Positions 46,399-60,717 of a stretch of DNA of 64,000 bases are shown here, in pieces; the stretch's first letter is position 1; every line of letters starts with the position of its first letter. The notes beneath the pieces were generated by a model. The model made no database searches and had not been told where the DNA came from. It saw nothing but the letters and a program-made list of their open reading frames with translations. The position numbers and the translations under genes are program-made. The stretch spans positions 5,966 to 69,965 of the forward strand of contig JAQGDQ010001019.1 of NCBI GenBank assembly GCA_030141605.1, read 5' to 3'. The DNA is from Tubiluchus corallicola. Taxonomy: Eukaryota; Animalia; Priapulida.

Positions 46399-47526
46399 TG
46401 TTATAAAAACCACGTAATACAGGTTAGTTATATAATAGATATTGAAGTTTCGACCTGGATTTTGTGTATTATAGTGGAACCCCCTTCTTTGGTAGTTTTG
46501 CTGTCATGGATCCGCCCCCCTCCAAGTGCAACGGTGAAGATTTTTAATGCTGAAATCAATATAAAAGATTTGTGCATTTTAATGCCCAGCTCTTGTCATT
46601 CACAAGCGCCTGACTAAGCAGCATCGCCAAGCGATTACTTCAGCTTCAGCATCATCATTAAAATCATGAGAATATGCCGCATCCCGTTGCCATCGCAACT
46701 GAGAAGCCAAGCGCCGAAGAAAGATGGACGTTTCTGTGTTTCGATGCTCGTTTATTTTCATAATTTAATGTATGTATTTGTGTATTTCTATACATATATA
46801 TATACACATAAATACGTCCAACATGTTATGTTATATGTATTTATATACACACACATATATGCAGATGTACATAATGGTCCTCTGGCTGCCCTGTTGCTTG
46901 GCTAGTTGGTTAGTCGGTTAGTTGAAATGTCAGCTGACTGATTGACCTATTGGTTGAATAATTGGTTAGTTGACAAATTGGCTCGCGAGTCGATTATTGG
47001 TTAGTAAGTTGGGCGGTCGGTCAGTCGGTCGTCAACCAGTTAGTTGTGTTGCTGCCTGTCTGTTTGATCACGTGACTGGCATTTCAAGAAAGGCTGATGT
47101 TGACCATTTTAAACTTCTCTTTATGCTATCACTGTAATAAACGTGTTCTATACACTGTTTGCTCGGCCATTGTCCGCTGACCGCTTGACCACTATCTCTG
47201 TCCGCTTGACCTCCAGTCTGCGACCTTCCCAATGCGTGCAATTGCTGCCAGTACCTCCTCGTTGCTCTTTCACTCCACTCACACTTCTTTTCCTATTCTC
47301 ATAAAGGAGCAGTTTATTTTCATTGGTCGTGAACGCTTGTGCCCAGCGTGAGGCAACTTTATTTGTCTTTCGCGCCCAAAAATCAAAAATATAAACAAAA
47401 CGCTTGTGGTAGCTTACAGGACCACACCTACACGGTTAAGCACGTCGTTGTGGTCCGCTTATTAACACCAGGGCGCAGGATTAACGCCCTATGTAACCCA
47501 AACGGGCGAAAAAATTCATTTACGTA

Positions 47527-47885
47527 GCGTCGAAGATTGGGCTTTTTGCGGGAAAATGTTGCGTCGAAGATTGAGTTTTTTGCAAAAAATGTGGCAGCGA
47601 AGATTGAGCTACTTGCGGAAAATGTTGCGTCAAAGATTGAGCTTTTTGCAAAAATGTTGCATCGAAGATTGAGCTTCGTGCAGAAAATGTTGCGTGAAAG
47701 ATTGAGCTTTTTGCAAAAAATATTGCATCGAAGATTGAACTTCTTGCGGAAAATGTTGCGTCGAAGGTTGAGTTTTTTGCAAAAAACGTGTCGTCTAAGA
47801 TTGGGCTTTTTTGAAGAAAATGTAGTGCCGAAGATCGAGTTTTTGCAGAAAATGTTGCGTCAAAGATTGAGCTTTTTGCAGAAAA
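47527..47885. repeat. 33-bp minisatellite, ~11 copies
   Basis: Unit GCGTCGAAGATTGAGCTTTTTGCARAAAATGTT. Confidence 0.92.
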
Positions 47886-49314
47886 AGAGGCGGTCTTTTT
47901 TAGGCTGAAAAACAAAAACGGAAATCTTCTTCGAATGACTGGTTATTAAGAAGGCCGGTCCACACATTATGCCGTTGTCGTATGAGGTCACTGACAGAAA
48001 TGAGGGCAGCGAAGCCATTCTATTTATGGGAAGCCTCTTATTAGAATGCGCGTTATAAATCTTATTTGAAATAAAGTTAACGTGCAATCATTGAGCAGTT
48101 ACACGATCTAAATATTCAAATAAAATTGATTTTATAGCCGTGAAAACTGCGCCAGTTTCTTAAAACATTAATAGCAAATATGGCTGACGAATTAGTCTTA
48201 CAAATTGCACAACAGCTGTCGTGCGTTGTTACGAAAATTCCCGAAAGTTTCCGAACTTGTGAACCTGTTTTCATCAAATTCTAATCTAATCAGCTGACAA
48301 TTCTCAGAATTACTGAACTGAGATCCAAACAAACAATTATTTACTGTAATTTCAGTATGACAGCATCCACGTACGAAATCATTTGAGGTACCACAAAATA
48401 AGCCTCTTCGCGGTTTCGTTGTGCGCACGCGCAGTTGTTATAGGTCAAAAGTAAAGTGTACCACAGCAACGCGTCTTAGCTACAACCGTCACGTGACATG
48501 TGTGTAAAGCAAGGCCCAGTTTATTAACGTCTGTTGTTTTACGTGGATTTTACTTAATTATGCAATAGTCTGTAATGGATCTTGCTTGGGAACAAGAAAA
48601 AGATGAACTAGGTAAGGATCTATACCTAGCATTTGTTAATTGTGTTAATTACTATGTACAGTAGCATGGGGTGTGAGGCGTTATCAAGTGTATACAAAGG
48701 CGTTGTCTGGCGCACTTAACCTTTGACCTTTTCACTATCATCATTAATGGCTGGAACTGTGAAACGGCTTATTGTTTTGCGACTGACGAATGGCGTCATT
48801 AATGACGTCACTTCATGATTTCTGCTAATTTCGCAAAGGCAGACCTCTTTCAAAGAAACAAAGCGTACTTCGCGCCGATTGGAACACCCGTGTTTAAAAC
48901 CTGCGAATGTTTCGAAAAATATCCCCATGTCTACGCTTACAGAGAATGTAACCTGATCTAGTTTCACTGATTTCCATTTAGTTGAACTTTGCTCGTTAGA
49001 AGTGTGGACTTCCGTTTAGGTTGCGTCACGATTACGTCATGAAAGGCAGAATTATTTGCCATGAATATATAGTGTAAATAGTAATTTCAATTCGGATTTA
49101 TGTTCTTTATAGCGAGAATGGCCACTACGAAATGTAGTGCTGAAAATTTGTTCACAAGTTTGAAAACTTTCCAGCATTTATAATGGAATATGTAAAAATT
49201 ATTTGAATTTATTTAAAAGAATGGCCTATATATTCATATTGTATATACAGTAGACGTGCGTAGCACATTATTTAGATGTACATTGATTTTATGTATTATA
49301 TTTAAATGTTGTTT

Positions 49315-51000
<1,686 letters not shown>

Positions 51001-51919
51001 TCCATCACTGATGTTTACGAAAGCAAGACCTTCACCTTGTATTGGCTTGGTTAATGACTCCCATCGTGACTGAAGTTATTACTCATTAAAGGTGAAACGA
51101 GAGCATATCAACAAAGGACATCCTTGGAAACAAAATATTTAGTTTGAGTTTAGCTCAAATTTAAACTTTTACGATCACTCATAAGGCCACATCGTTAATA
51201 GTAGTCAAGGTGAGATAAATACTGTAGGACAGCAGGTAACATCTACCTGATAATTAGGTTGAAAAACTTTGTGATCCGGTTCCGCATACCTGTAATAAAA
51301 TCGTGATTAACTCACCTGATGATACGGTCACCTCCAAAAATCACAACCACAATAAAATAAGAGCGAAAGACACACTGCTTAGAGACAAAGATTCGCTTTT
51401 AGCTTCAAATTGTTAGCGTCACATTGCCTGCCAATTGTTTAATAGATAGTCGAAAATTAAATTTTGTGAGAAAATTTGCAAAGTCTTGCAAATTGAGAAT
51501 TCCAAAGATATGCTATTATGTAAATAACAGTCAAGTAAATTTAAGATTTAAATTTGGTTGTACTGTAGATCTAAACGAAAAGGTAAAGTTAAAGGTTAAG
51601 AACTCATTTAAAGATTATGTTTTAAGATACATATTATAGCTTCTTACAACACTGTATACTGTAATATAATTACAAGGGAACTACAATGTGCGGTTATTAT
51701 AAAGTTGAATGTCTGTAGATGTGTTATTTTACTAACATGGTTTTACTAATATCTGTTGTCTGTATAAAGCTGTATATTTTTATACGAAATAAACTCCTTA
51801 TGATGATGATGATGATTATGATGATGAAGATGATGATGATGATGACGACGATGATGCTGCTGATGATGATGATGGTGGTGGTGGTGGTGGTGGTGATGGT
51901 GATGATGATGATGATGACG

Positions 51920-52042
<123 letters not shown>

Positions 52043-52690
52043 GTAATAATAATATTAACAATAATAATAATGATAATAAACTTAGAACAGAAACTGTTTA
52101 TATCTTAGAATCTCACACTTGTTTGCTGTCAAACAAAGCAGAGGCTCCTTTCTGTAGCTCCTCTGTCACCACTTTCATTAAAATTAAACTAATTATAATT
52201 ACAATTTGGTATTTACACTCAGTGATAAGATAAGACGTAGTTTGCGTACACCAAAAATTGCCTAATTGGCCTGCGTATGTGAAATTTTTGTTGACTTTGA
52301 AGTAAACGTATACTAAAACTATACCGCGAATTAAGCTTCTTATTGTGTGATAGAAACTCGTTTTAATTTTTCTGTTTTATTGAGTTTATCCTTTTAAGTG
52401 ATTAAAATGTTCAACGTCCTACTGCACTGTTAATTCTATTGTTCTATGTAAGTGAAGTTTTAAAGCAAATTTACTTTTAAATCATTGAAAGTTTAACAGA
52501 GGCAGGCCTATTATGCAAATGAGTTTGCATGCAAATTACGTTTTATCTTACAATGGGGGTAAATACCAAGTTGTAATTACAATGCGTTTAACTGTTCTAG
52601 CTTTAGGAGCTGTCTAGCAAAACATTTCAAATGTTAGTAAACGTGGATTTGCAAAAGTACCAGTTCGTGCTCAACAGAAGAAGGTAAAGC

Positions 52691-53021
52691 TAGGGGAACG
52701 AGCATCGAACGTTCGAATTCGAATTGGTGCTTCTATTGGTGGATCTTTGTAAAAACGCTTTTTATTGAGGGTTCGAAAATTCGTTCGAAAATCTTGCAAA
52801 CTGAATTCGAATTCGATGAAATACTGAAATCCGGTTTGATTCGAATTCGAAAAAAACAAATTCGATTTGAATTCGAAATATTAAAGTTCGCTTTTATTCG
52901 AACTCGAAAGTCACAAATTCGATTCGATTCAATTTCGATATACTGAAATTCGGTTTGATTCGAACTCGAAAGTCAAAAACTCGATTCGAATTAGATTTCT
53001 GGTAAAGAAAGCTCACCCCTA
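52691..53021. mobile_element. hAT-like MITE with TTCGAA subterminal repeats
   Basis: TAGGGG ... CCCCTA termini flanked by GGTAAAGC / GCTAAAGC (8-bp duplication, 1 mismatch); interior packed with TTCGAA/TTCGAT. Confidence 0.75.
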
Positions 53022-54378
53022 GCTAAAGCTGTAAAACAAAAAATGGCGATAAGATTATTTATCGACATAATAAAATCGACACATCGACATCCCCATTTGA
53101 AACTACTGCATATAATAATCCTAATTTCTGAATAATTGTATTGTTTTGTTTAGATTTCGGTATCTAACTTTATTATTTTTTGTTTTCAGTTTTTTTTGGA
53201 TAATTTGTATCATTTATACTGTTTTTATTATTTTTTCTTATTTGTTTTTGTTTTCGTTATCTGCAGCATCACCGTTAATTGTTAATATAACAATCTATTT
53301 ATAAGAAAGGGCAGGAGACTAGATGACCCTATGGTCCTTCCCTGCCCTGCTCCATGATTATAATTACTTAATATTTAAAAAAAACTTTTGATGTTAAACT
53401 AATTGGGGAAAATAAATGTTCTACGTCTGTGCCCATAACAGCAGCTTTTAGACGTGATTCATTTCGACTCTACATTCCTGTCCAGCCGCTGAACTACAAT
53501 CCACCTACTTTGTACGCAAAAGTTTTACTATTTGACCTCAGGCTGTATCTCAGCTAGCCGTAAAAAGGGGACAACCGCGTCATAATGAAGTACACGTTGT
53601 AGACGATCTTGGCCTCAATGTTGAACATTGTTATAGGCAAGTCATAGATCTGAAAGTGAATTAATTATCAGTCGGCGGATCGTTTTCAATGATAATAGCC
53701 CCGGGTAAATGAGAGCATGAGTGAAAGTGAGCTGGCTGGCTGGTGGTGACACGGTTACCTCGTGACCTGGTGCCTTAGAAGAATAGCCAATCGTGAAAAG
53801 TTTGACGTGTTTTTTCGCTTATCCTGCTACTTTAATTGACTTAGCACTCCGGTGCAAATGACCAACAATTCGTGTATTCTTAACATGTAAATGAGTTCCA
53901 AATTACGTTCCTGTGTTTGACGCCTTCTGTTGTACCTTTTGATGGAATTATTTTGGTAATTTGAAGGGGACGAATAGGTAATTGTAGCGTAGGTGGGTTT
54001 TCTGCCTGAAAATCTTAATATAGCTGCCTTAGGAACTAATGATCTAATGCATTAATAAAGATTTACAACATCTGAGACCAAACTTAACAATAGCATAACA
54101 GGAGTTAAAAAATTTAGCTGCAGACAGGAAACAGTGGAGTGTTCTAATAGAGTATAGGGGGCCCTATGTGTACAATAAATGTTTAGAGCACCAGAACCTT
54201 TTGTTGTACCTTTTGACGCCACATTGGATGAAATTGTTTTGGTAACTTGAAGGGGACGAATAGGTAATTGTAATGCATGTTCGAAAAATGTTTCCACACA
54301 AAGTTATATTGCTTAGCATTACGCTTACCTATTTGAAAGACTTGTGAAGTTGAAAAAGACAGAGACAAAGAAAGAGTA

Positions 54379-54448
<70 letters not shown>

Positions 54449-56388
54449 GCGAAGTTGGAAAAGAAAATTCTTAGTAATTTAGAGTAGCGTTCTCGTCACC
54501 AGGTAAAACGTCATTGGCTCACCTTCCCAAAATACATCACCGACTCACGGAAAATCCTATTTTTAATCTTGTAGACAATATGACGTAGCTTAAACTTTGC
54601 TTAGCTGGTGAAGTGTGCACTGCGCATGCTCTGATGATTTTTTCAAACTCAAACAACTTTATCTAAACTTGTTTCAAATCATCTACCGTCAAAATGGCTG
54701 CGACTAATGGTCATCGCTGTAGTTCAAATTTTCAAGTTTTATGTAGCGTTACTGCCCTTCCTAGAATAAGACTGCATGTAGGTGATATATAACATTTTGA
54801 AACGAAATTTTTAGGTTTGTATAAAAAAAGGTTGTCCCTGCGCTTTGAACAAATGAATCGTTGTTCAGTCTTTGTTTCTTTTTTTCTTTCTCTTGCTTTA
54901 AGGCTAAAAAATGATTGGCTAATCGTTTGTCGATTTAAATTTTAGGAAGAGTTTGAAATGTGTTGCTGTGTTGACATTTTTATGTCCTCTCAGCCACGCG
55001 GCTTTAATATATTGAAGTTAAGCTACAGTCTTTAAATGTTAGAAAAATACACAAATCTGTGATTATTCGGATGCTTGTATGTTGTCTAAATAAAATCTTG
55101 AAATCTTGAAATCTTGCCATTACGACGCAGCTGATACATTCTCCTTTTAGTCCACTTGAAAGACCAAATCTATTTATAACCAAAACAAGTTTCAACAATT
55201 TCAATAATTCGATTTGGGCAATAAAGAGACATTCTTGCAATCTTAGAAGTTGTACTTTTAACTTTTACAACCATTGTAAGCACTGCATGGGTCGCAGACA
55301 CTGCTGGGTTTCTTATGACATCTACTGCCTAATATTTCATATTTTATTGGGAAACTTTGATGTTCTGTCTTTAGTTTAAATCATCGAATTTGTATCATTG
55401 TATACTACATATATATATATATAGTTCATTTTTTATTATATAATAATTACATCCCGAAACTGAAACATAGAAATACAGACTTAATTGATTTGTTGTTTTC
55501 TGGTACCTTTCCCGTCATTTTGCCAAAAAACGTTCAAGAAATTATGCATCAGCTACTATAAGTTTTTAAGTTGGTGTTCACGAAAGTTGCAAGCAAAAAA
55601 TGCTTTACAAAATAACTATTATTATCTTCAAATATCTTAGAACAAACATTTAAAATTTACCTTGATTATGCAAATCTACATGTACGAGTTTAGAAACTTA
55701 GCTTACGGTTATTATAATTAGAAAAACTGAGCTCTAAGATAAATACTGAAACTTGTAAAGGATACCTGTAGTTGGCTGCCACCTTCAGGTGCTCTTGTTA
55801 AAATTGTTGAACTTCCTCTTTCCTGCTTAAATTTTCATTGGCTTCTACAGTCTTTATGAATGCATAATCTCTAAACCTGTTTTCACACCTAAATGATTTC
55901 ACTTGTAGTTCTGGTCACTTGGTTTTCTGCTTTTCAATATGACACTACTTCACTGTTTATGTAGACATTTCAGAATAAAATCTTAAAACTAAATCTCAAG
56001 TTTTTTGGTTTCTTCAAACCACATGTAGTTTAATTAGCGGGTAACAAAATAAGGTCAATCTTGATTTAACTAGAAATTGCATTTAGATTTTATGTGAAAT
56101 ACAGGTCAAAATTGTTATGAAATGATAAAAACACTTTGGGTTAATAATGCTATTAATCAACAACAGGAGTTAAATACATTTTGATTTGAGTTCAACTTCA
56201 TTATTTCTAGGTTTATTGATTAAGAACAAATCTACTGACTTGGACAATAATACTAAATAATATAATTCTCAATATACTGATAAGACAAACATTTAGCTAT
56301 GCAGGTTTTTTAGTAATTTTATAAAGGAGAGATAAGACTTGTGCAATCTGTGAACTAACATTTTTGGACTGTATTTATTGCTTTATAG

Positions 56389-56503
56389 GGGCAGTTCATA
56401 CGCTGAGCATATCAAATGTATAAGCGAAGATGCTAAGTATTCAGGTAAAGATTTCAAGGCCAAAATCAACAAAGGTGAAGTGAAGCAGGAGCTATGGATG
56501 CAG
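56389..56503 (+). CDS. LYAR: LYAR-like exon (end of C2HC zinc finger)
   Basis: tttatag|G GGC.. encodes GSSYAEHIKCISEDAKYSGKDFKAKINKGEVKQELWMQ|gtaacg, matching the LYAR pattern YxxHxKCISExxKYxGKxxxxKxxKGxxKQxxW. Confidence 0.9.
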
Positions 56504-56814
56504 GTAACGTTGCACGCTAAACTAACAAATCTTTTTCAGAAAATTCAGAACTTGGCTAAAGCTATTACTTTCATTCTTGCTTGCAATTCTCTATTTGGTA
56601 ATGTCACCCTTCTTATAAACTATGTTTGTTAGTCAATTGTGCCATTTCCATTGTAATATCTTGTTGGCATCCTTCTGTCTCGGAAGACAATGGAGTGTGC
56701 GCCAAGAGAGTCAGTTATTGATCACATTGATGGAGCTGCAGAGCAGATTATTGCTAAGGCAGATTGGAAACAGTGTCTGCTGAAACTGAAAAGGCACTAT
56801 ATGCTATTTTTCAG

Positions 56815-56919
56815 AACATACGGAATGCCAGTACGGACGCTAAACATCCTCGCCTGGCCAACTTGTTTCGCAAAGTTCTGGAGTACGACAACGTCCCGAG
56901 AAAAAAAGCCAAGTTTGAG
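56815..56919 (+). CDS. LYAR: LYAR-like exon
   Basis: tttttcag|AAC.. encodes NIRNASTDAKHPRLANLFRKVLEYDNVPRKKAKFE|gt; DNVPRKKAKF is the conserved LYAR motif; phase 0-0. Confidence 0.92.
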
Positions 56920-56970
56920 GTGTTTGTTATAATTGTTTGACAAACTTTTGTAAAACTGTTTAAAATTGAA

Positions 56971-57839
56971 TTGATGTAAATGCTTTGCAGTTGCACACGG
57001 GCATGATTAAGTATTCGTTGATGTAAATGCTTTACAATTGCACACGGACATGATTAAGTATTCGTTGACGTAAATGCTTTGCAGTTGCACACGGGCATGA
57101 TTAAGTATTCGTTGACGTAAATGCTTTGCAGTTGCACACGGGCATGATTAAGTATTCGTTGACGTAAATGCTTTGCAGTTGCACACGGGCATGATTAAGT
57201 ATTCGTTGATGTAAATGCTTTACAGTTGCACACCGGCATGATTAAGTATTCGTTGATGTAAAGGCTTTACAATTGCACACGGACATGATTAAGTATTCGT
57301 TGACGTAAATGCTTTACAGTTGCACACCGGCATGATTAAGTATTCGTTGATGTAAAGGCTTTACAATTGCACACGGACATGATTAAAAGTATTCGTTGAT
57401 GTAAATGCTTTATAGTTGCACACGGTCATGATTAAGTATTCGTTGATGTAAATGCTTTACAGTTGCACACGGGCATGATTAAGTATTCGTTGATGTAAAT
57501 GCTTTATAGTTGCACACGGACATGATTAAGTGTTCGTTGATGTAAGTGCATTACAGTTGCACACGGACATGATTAAGTATTCATTGATGTAAATGCTTTA
57601 CAGTTGCACACGGACATGATTAAGTGTTCGTTGATATAAATGCTTTACAGTTGCACACGGACATGATTAAGTGTTCGTTGATGTAAATGCTTTACAGTTG
57701 CACACGGACATGATTAAGTATTCGTTGGTGTAAATGCTTCACAGTTGCACACGGACATGATAAAGTGTTCTTTGATGTAAATGCTTTACAGTTGCACACA
57801 GACATGATTAAGTATTCGTTGATGTAAATGCTTTACAGT
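56971..57839. repeat. 47-bp minisatellite, ~18.5 copies (intronic)
   Basis: Unit GATGTAAATGCTTTACAGTTGCACACGGACATGATTAAGTATTCGTT, head to tail with no spacers. Confidence 0.97.
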
Positions 57840-57842
57840 AAA

Positions 57843-58160
57843 TACCTTTGGCACCAGGTTGGCTGCAGGAGCTGCCGGAGCCAGTGAACATGATGGACTG
57901 GTCCGCCTTCGGGGCTCCACTCCTGATTTGCAAGGTTTACTCCTCTACACATGTCCGTTGCGTCACTTGATCTCCTCCACCCTCTACCCTTTGGCTGCTT
58001 GTGCAGCTCCTCCGCCTAGTGTCGAGATACAGTGTGGGCATCCCGCAAGCCTACAGCACCTGGTATTCCTAGATGGTCACCCCTCCAAGTACTAACCAGA
58101 CTCCAGGTTGCTTAACTTCAGTGTTTTCGACTTGATTTGTTTTCAATGTGTAGTTAGTTC
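57843..58160 (-). mobile_element. 5S rRNA-derived SINE-like element (SINE3-type) or 5S pseudogene with GC-rich tail
   Basis: Minus strand 58160-58047 reads ..CATTGAAAACA..CACTGAAGTTAAGCAACCTGGAGTCTGGTTAGTACTTGGAGGGGTGACCATCTAGGAATACCAGGTGCTGTAGGCTT, a degenerate animal 5S rRNA. No oligo-T terminator follows; it continues into ~200 bp of GC-rich body. Confidence 0.8.
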
Positions 58161-59198
58161 ATCGTTTACTTCACATTTGCAATCACATTGTGATTCTGAA
58201 TGGAACGTATAAAAAGAAAAAGGCGTTAGCTTTGGATTCGCTTTTATAGATTCAATTATTACTTCTTTTGCAGAACTTCTTGAAGAACAGCGTGAAGATA
58301 ACAGACGGAACACTTATTGACCAAGCTTGGGAAGTATTCTCTTCAAACAAGGTATGCAAGGATGAGAATTTTCCAGAAGCCCAGAAGTGCCATTTTTGTA
58401 AATCGCGTAAATTCGTTTAGAAAATTTTCCGGGGTTGAACCTCATTTTTGTCGAAATCGTAACTGAAACTTTCAGTAGCATTTTTTCGAGGTGTTTATCC
58501 AGCTTACCTTTTATCTCCTAGATGTTGAAAATCGCTGAAAAATTTTGGCTGAAATAGTTAAAATAAAGTATCGTTTATTTGATAATCTGTACAATTTGTA
58601 GCATGCCTTTTATGGCAATGCGTCATATCTTCATTGCTGACAAATGTGAAGCTTTGAGGCCTCCAGACACAAACAACCGAAATACCGAAGCATAATTTGA
58701 ATAAAACCAAGTTTAATTTTATAATTTATGAAATATAGACAACAAAATATATACAAAATAAAATTTGTTAATTTTTTGAAGTTTCACGATCATATGTATC
58801 ATGTATCCTTGATAGTTGGGTATTTTAAATTATGCATGAAACAAGGTAATTGATATTTTAAGTCCACTTAGAGGCTCTCTATGGTCACAAAATTGCAATT
58901 TGTTGCTGGCTCCAATGGTAGCTTTGCCCCCTTGAACCATCATGGGGGGCTTTGCCCCTCAACCCCATTGGGGGCCTAGGCAACCCCCAGGCCCCCAGCC
59001 TGTGTCAGAGTTTTCTGGGTATGTCTAGTGCTCTAGTAACATAGATCAGGCCAGTGATAAAAATTGTTACTGTTTCCGTCTAATCGCCCGGGTAACATAT
59101 TTTCCATCACGCACCCGGCCAGGAATTTGATTATTTTCTTCCATGTTCATATACTTACTTAATGTAGTCATCTACAATTCAATTCCAAGCCTGTCAAG
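57916..59198 (+). repeat. Left arm of large inverted duplication
   Basis: Reverse complement of 62704-64000 (57916 pairs with 64000); the true outer limit lies beyond the window. Confidence 0.97.
58274..58351 (+). CDS. LYAR: LYAR-like exon
   Basis: cttttgcag|AAC.. encodes NFLKNSVKITDGTLIDQAWEVFSSNK|gtatgc, matching LYAR NxxKNSxKxxxxxxxDQxWxxFS; phase 0-0. Confidence 0.9.
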
Positions 59199-59675
59199 CG
59201 CATCTGAGCCCGAATCTTCTTGCAGGAGCTCATAAGCGAGCGTACCACCATGCGTCTCATGATATGGTCATCTCTTTGGCTAGTCTTCCGCAGACGCTCA
59301 GACCGTTTCCTATCGCTGTAAGTGCCATCAGTCTCGAATTTGACGATAGCTTGGTGCACGGCTGTCTTGGAAAACCGTAATCTAGCACTTATCGCCCTTT
59401 CAGTATATCCTTCTTGATGTAAAGTCACGATTTGAACCCTCTGAGTCTCACTCAATGACGATTTTTTGCCCTTTTTTTCGGATCACAAGAAAAATACAAA
59501 AACGGTCGATCTGTATGGATAGCGGCAGGCAAATGAGTCCCTCATACTCACTAGACGTACTGTTTCAAACCACTAGCAGTATGATGCAATCAACAAAGAA
59601 TCTGATGCAATCGGGGTACAGTATGATGAAAATCCCGAAAACTCGAGCTTGGTCTTAAACTTTTGCAAATCACTG
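59189..59675 (-). mobile_element. Truncated Tc1-like transposon (5' TIR and paired-type HTH region)
   Basis: Minus strand starts TA|CAGTGATTTGCAAAAGTTTAAGACC. The frame gives (AAG in place of ATG)GKKSSLSETQRVQIVTLHQEGYTERAISARLRFSKTAVHQAIVKFETDGTYSDRKRSERLRKTSQRDDHIMRR, with a degenerate GRPR motif. No DDE domain. Confidence 0.85.
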
Positions 59676-60717
59676 TAAGGGCATATTTTTTAATTTAAAA
59701 AATAAAACGCAATGATTATTATAACTTTGTTCTTTCGGGGAACTCAGGACACGTCCACGTTTTTCACGGCTAATTCTCTGCAAGTGTTGCCGTTTTGTAT
59801 GATGCTCATTGTATTGGAGGCTAAATGTTTCAAATTTTCCACCAAATCGGTGTATTTGTGGCCGATTAGTGTTGCCGCTTGTACCATAATTATCAGAACA
59901 TTATGAGTTCATGATACAAAAAAGAGACTATATAATAAGAAATAATTATACGATAATTTAGTAATGAGAAACAAAAAACAAAGAGTGAAAAAATGTGCAG
60001 AGAAAAAATTTAAAACGTTACTGCTAACCAGTGGGAAATAAACAGACTTTGAATTCAACTGATTTTTAATATTCCACAATTCAGCTTTTTTTGAAGAAAG
60101 AGTTTTTTCCTCCCTCCCTACTTTTGAGCTCATGAGGTAAAACAGAAACAGATTTTTTTGTGACCTGCCCTATCCCTGTTCTGTCTATTACGCTCGGCTC
60201 TACTCGGCTCGCCGCGCACGCGTTCGTCACGTGCTTGGCGATTGGTCGAGTACCGAAATTCTGGTCGAGAGCGGAGACAATTTCAGCTGGAATTTTCTGG
60301 TCGAAAACCGATTTGTTCGAGTACGAAGACGTTTGAAAACCGATTTGTTCGAGTACGAAGACGTTTGAAAACCGAGGTATGACTGTATACGAAGATTTTT
60401 ATGTAGGAAAAACGTTACGAAAAATCGGGACCGGTGTTGGTGGTCCCTTATAAGGCAGTACCTTATACCCGAGTTTGACTGTATATACTGTGATAAGAGC
60501 GAGCACAAAGGTTCCTTGGAATGAGTACTTCTTTAAAAACCGAAATTCCTTGAAATATTTTACTTCCTTGAAATATTCCTTGAAATAAATGAGTTTCTGA
60601 TGACAGGAAAAGCATTAATTACAGGAATCTAATAACAATTTCCTTATTTTGTTATTTTAATGTAATTTGTTTTTGTTTTTTTAATGTAAAAACAGAAATC
60701 TTTCAATGTTTTTATAG

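Noticed and set aside
47520-47915. ORFs on both strands resembling an 11-aa repeat protein
   Set aside because: Consequence of a 33-bp minisatellite; no splice or domain support.
52705-53000. TTCGAA cluster as heat-shock elements
   Set aside because: Spacing mostly does not fit nGAAnnTTCn; better explained as hAT MITE subterminal repeats.
55004-55980. Candidate missing LYAR first or last exon
   Set aside because: Frames read on both strands gave no CxxC or KFNW-type motif in an open exon.
56971-57839. 47-bp array as a CRISPR array
   Set aside because: Units are head to tail with no unique spacers, no cas genes, and the context is a spliceosomal intron.
58047-58160. Functional 5S rRNA gene
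   Set aside because: 5' third is degenerate, several helix positions are mismatched and no oligo-T terminator follows.
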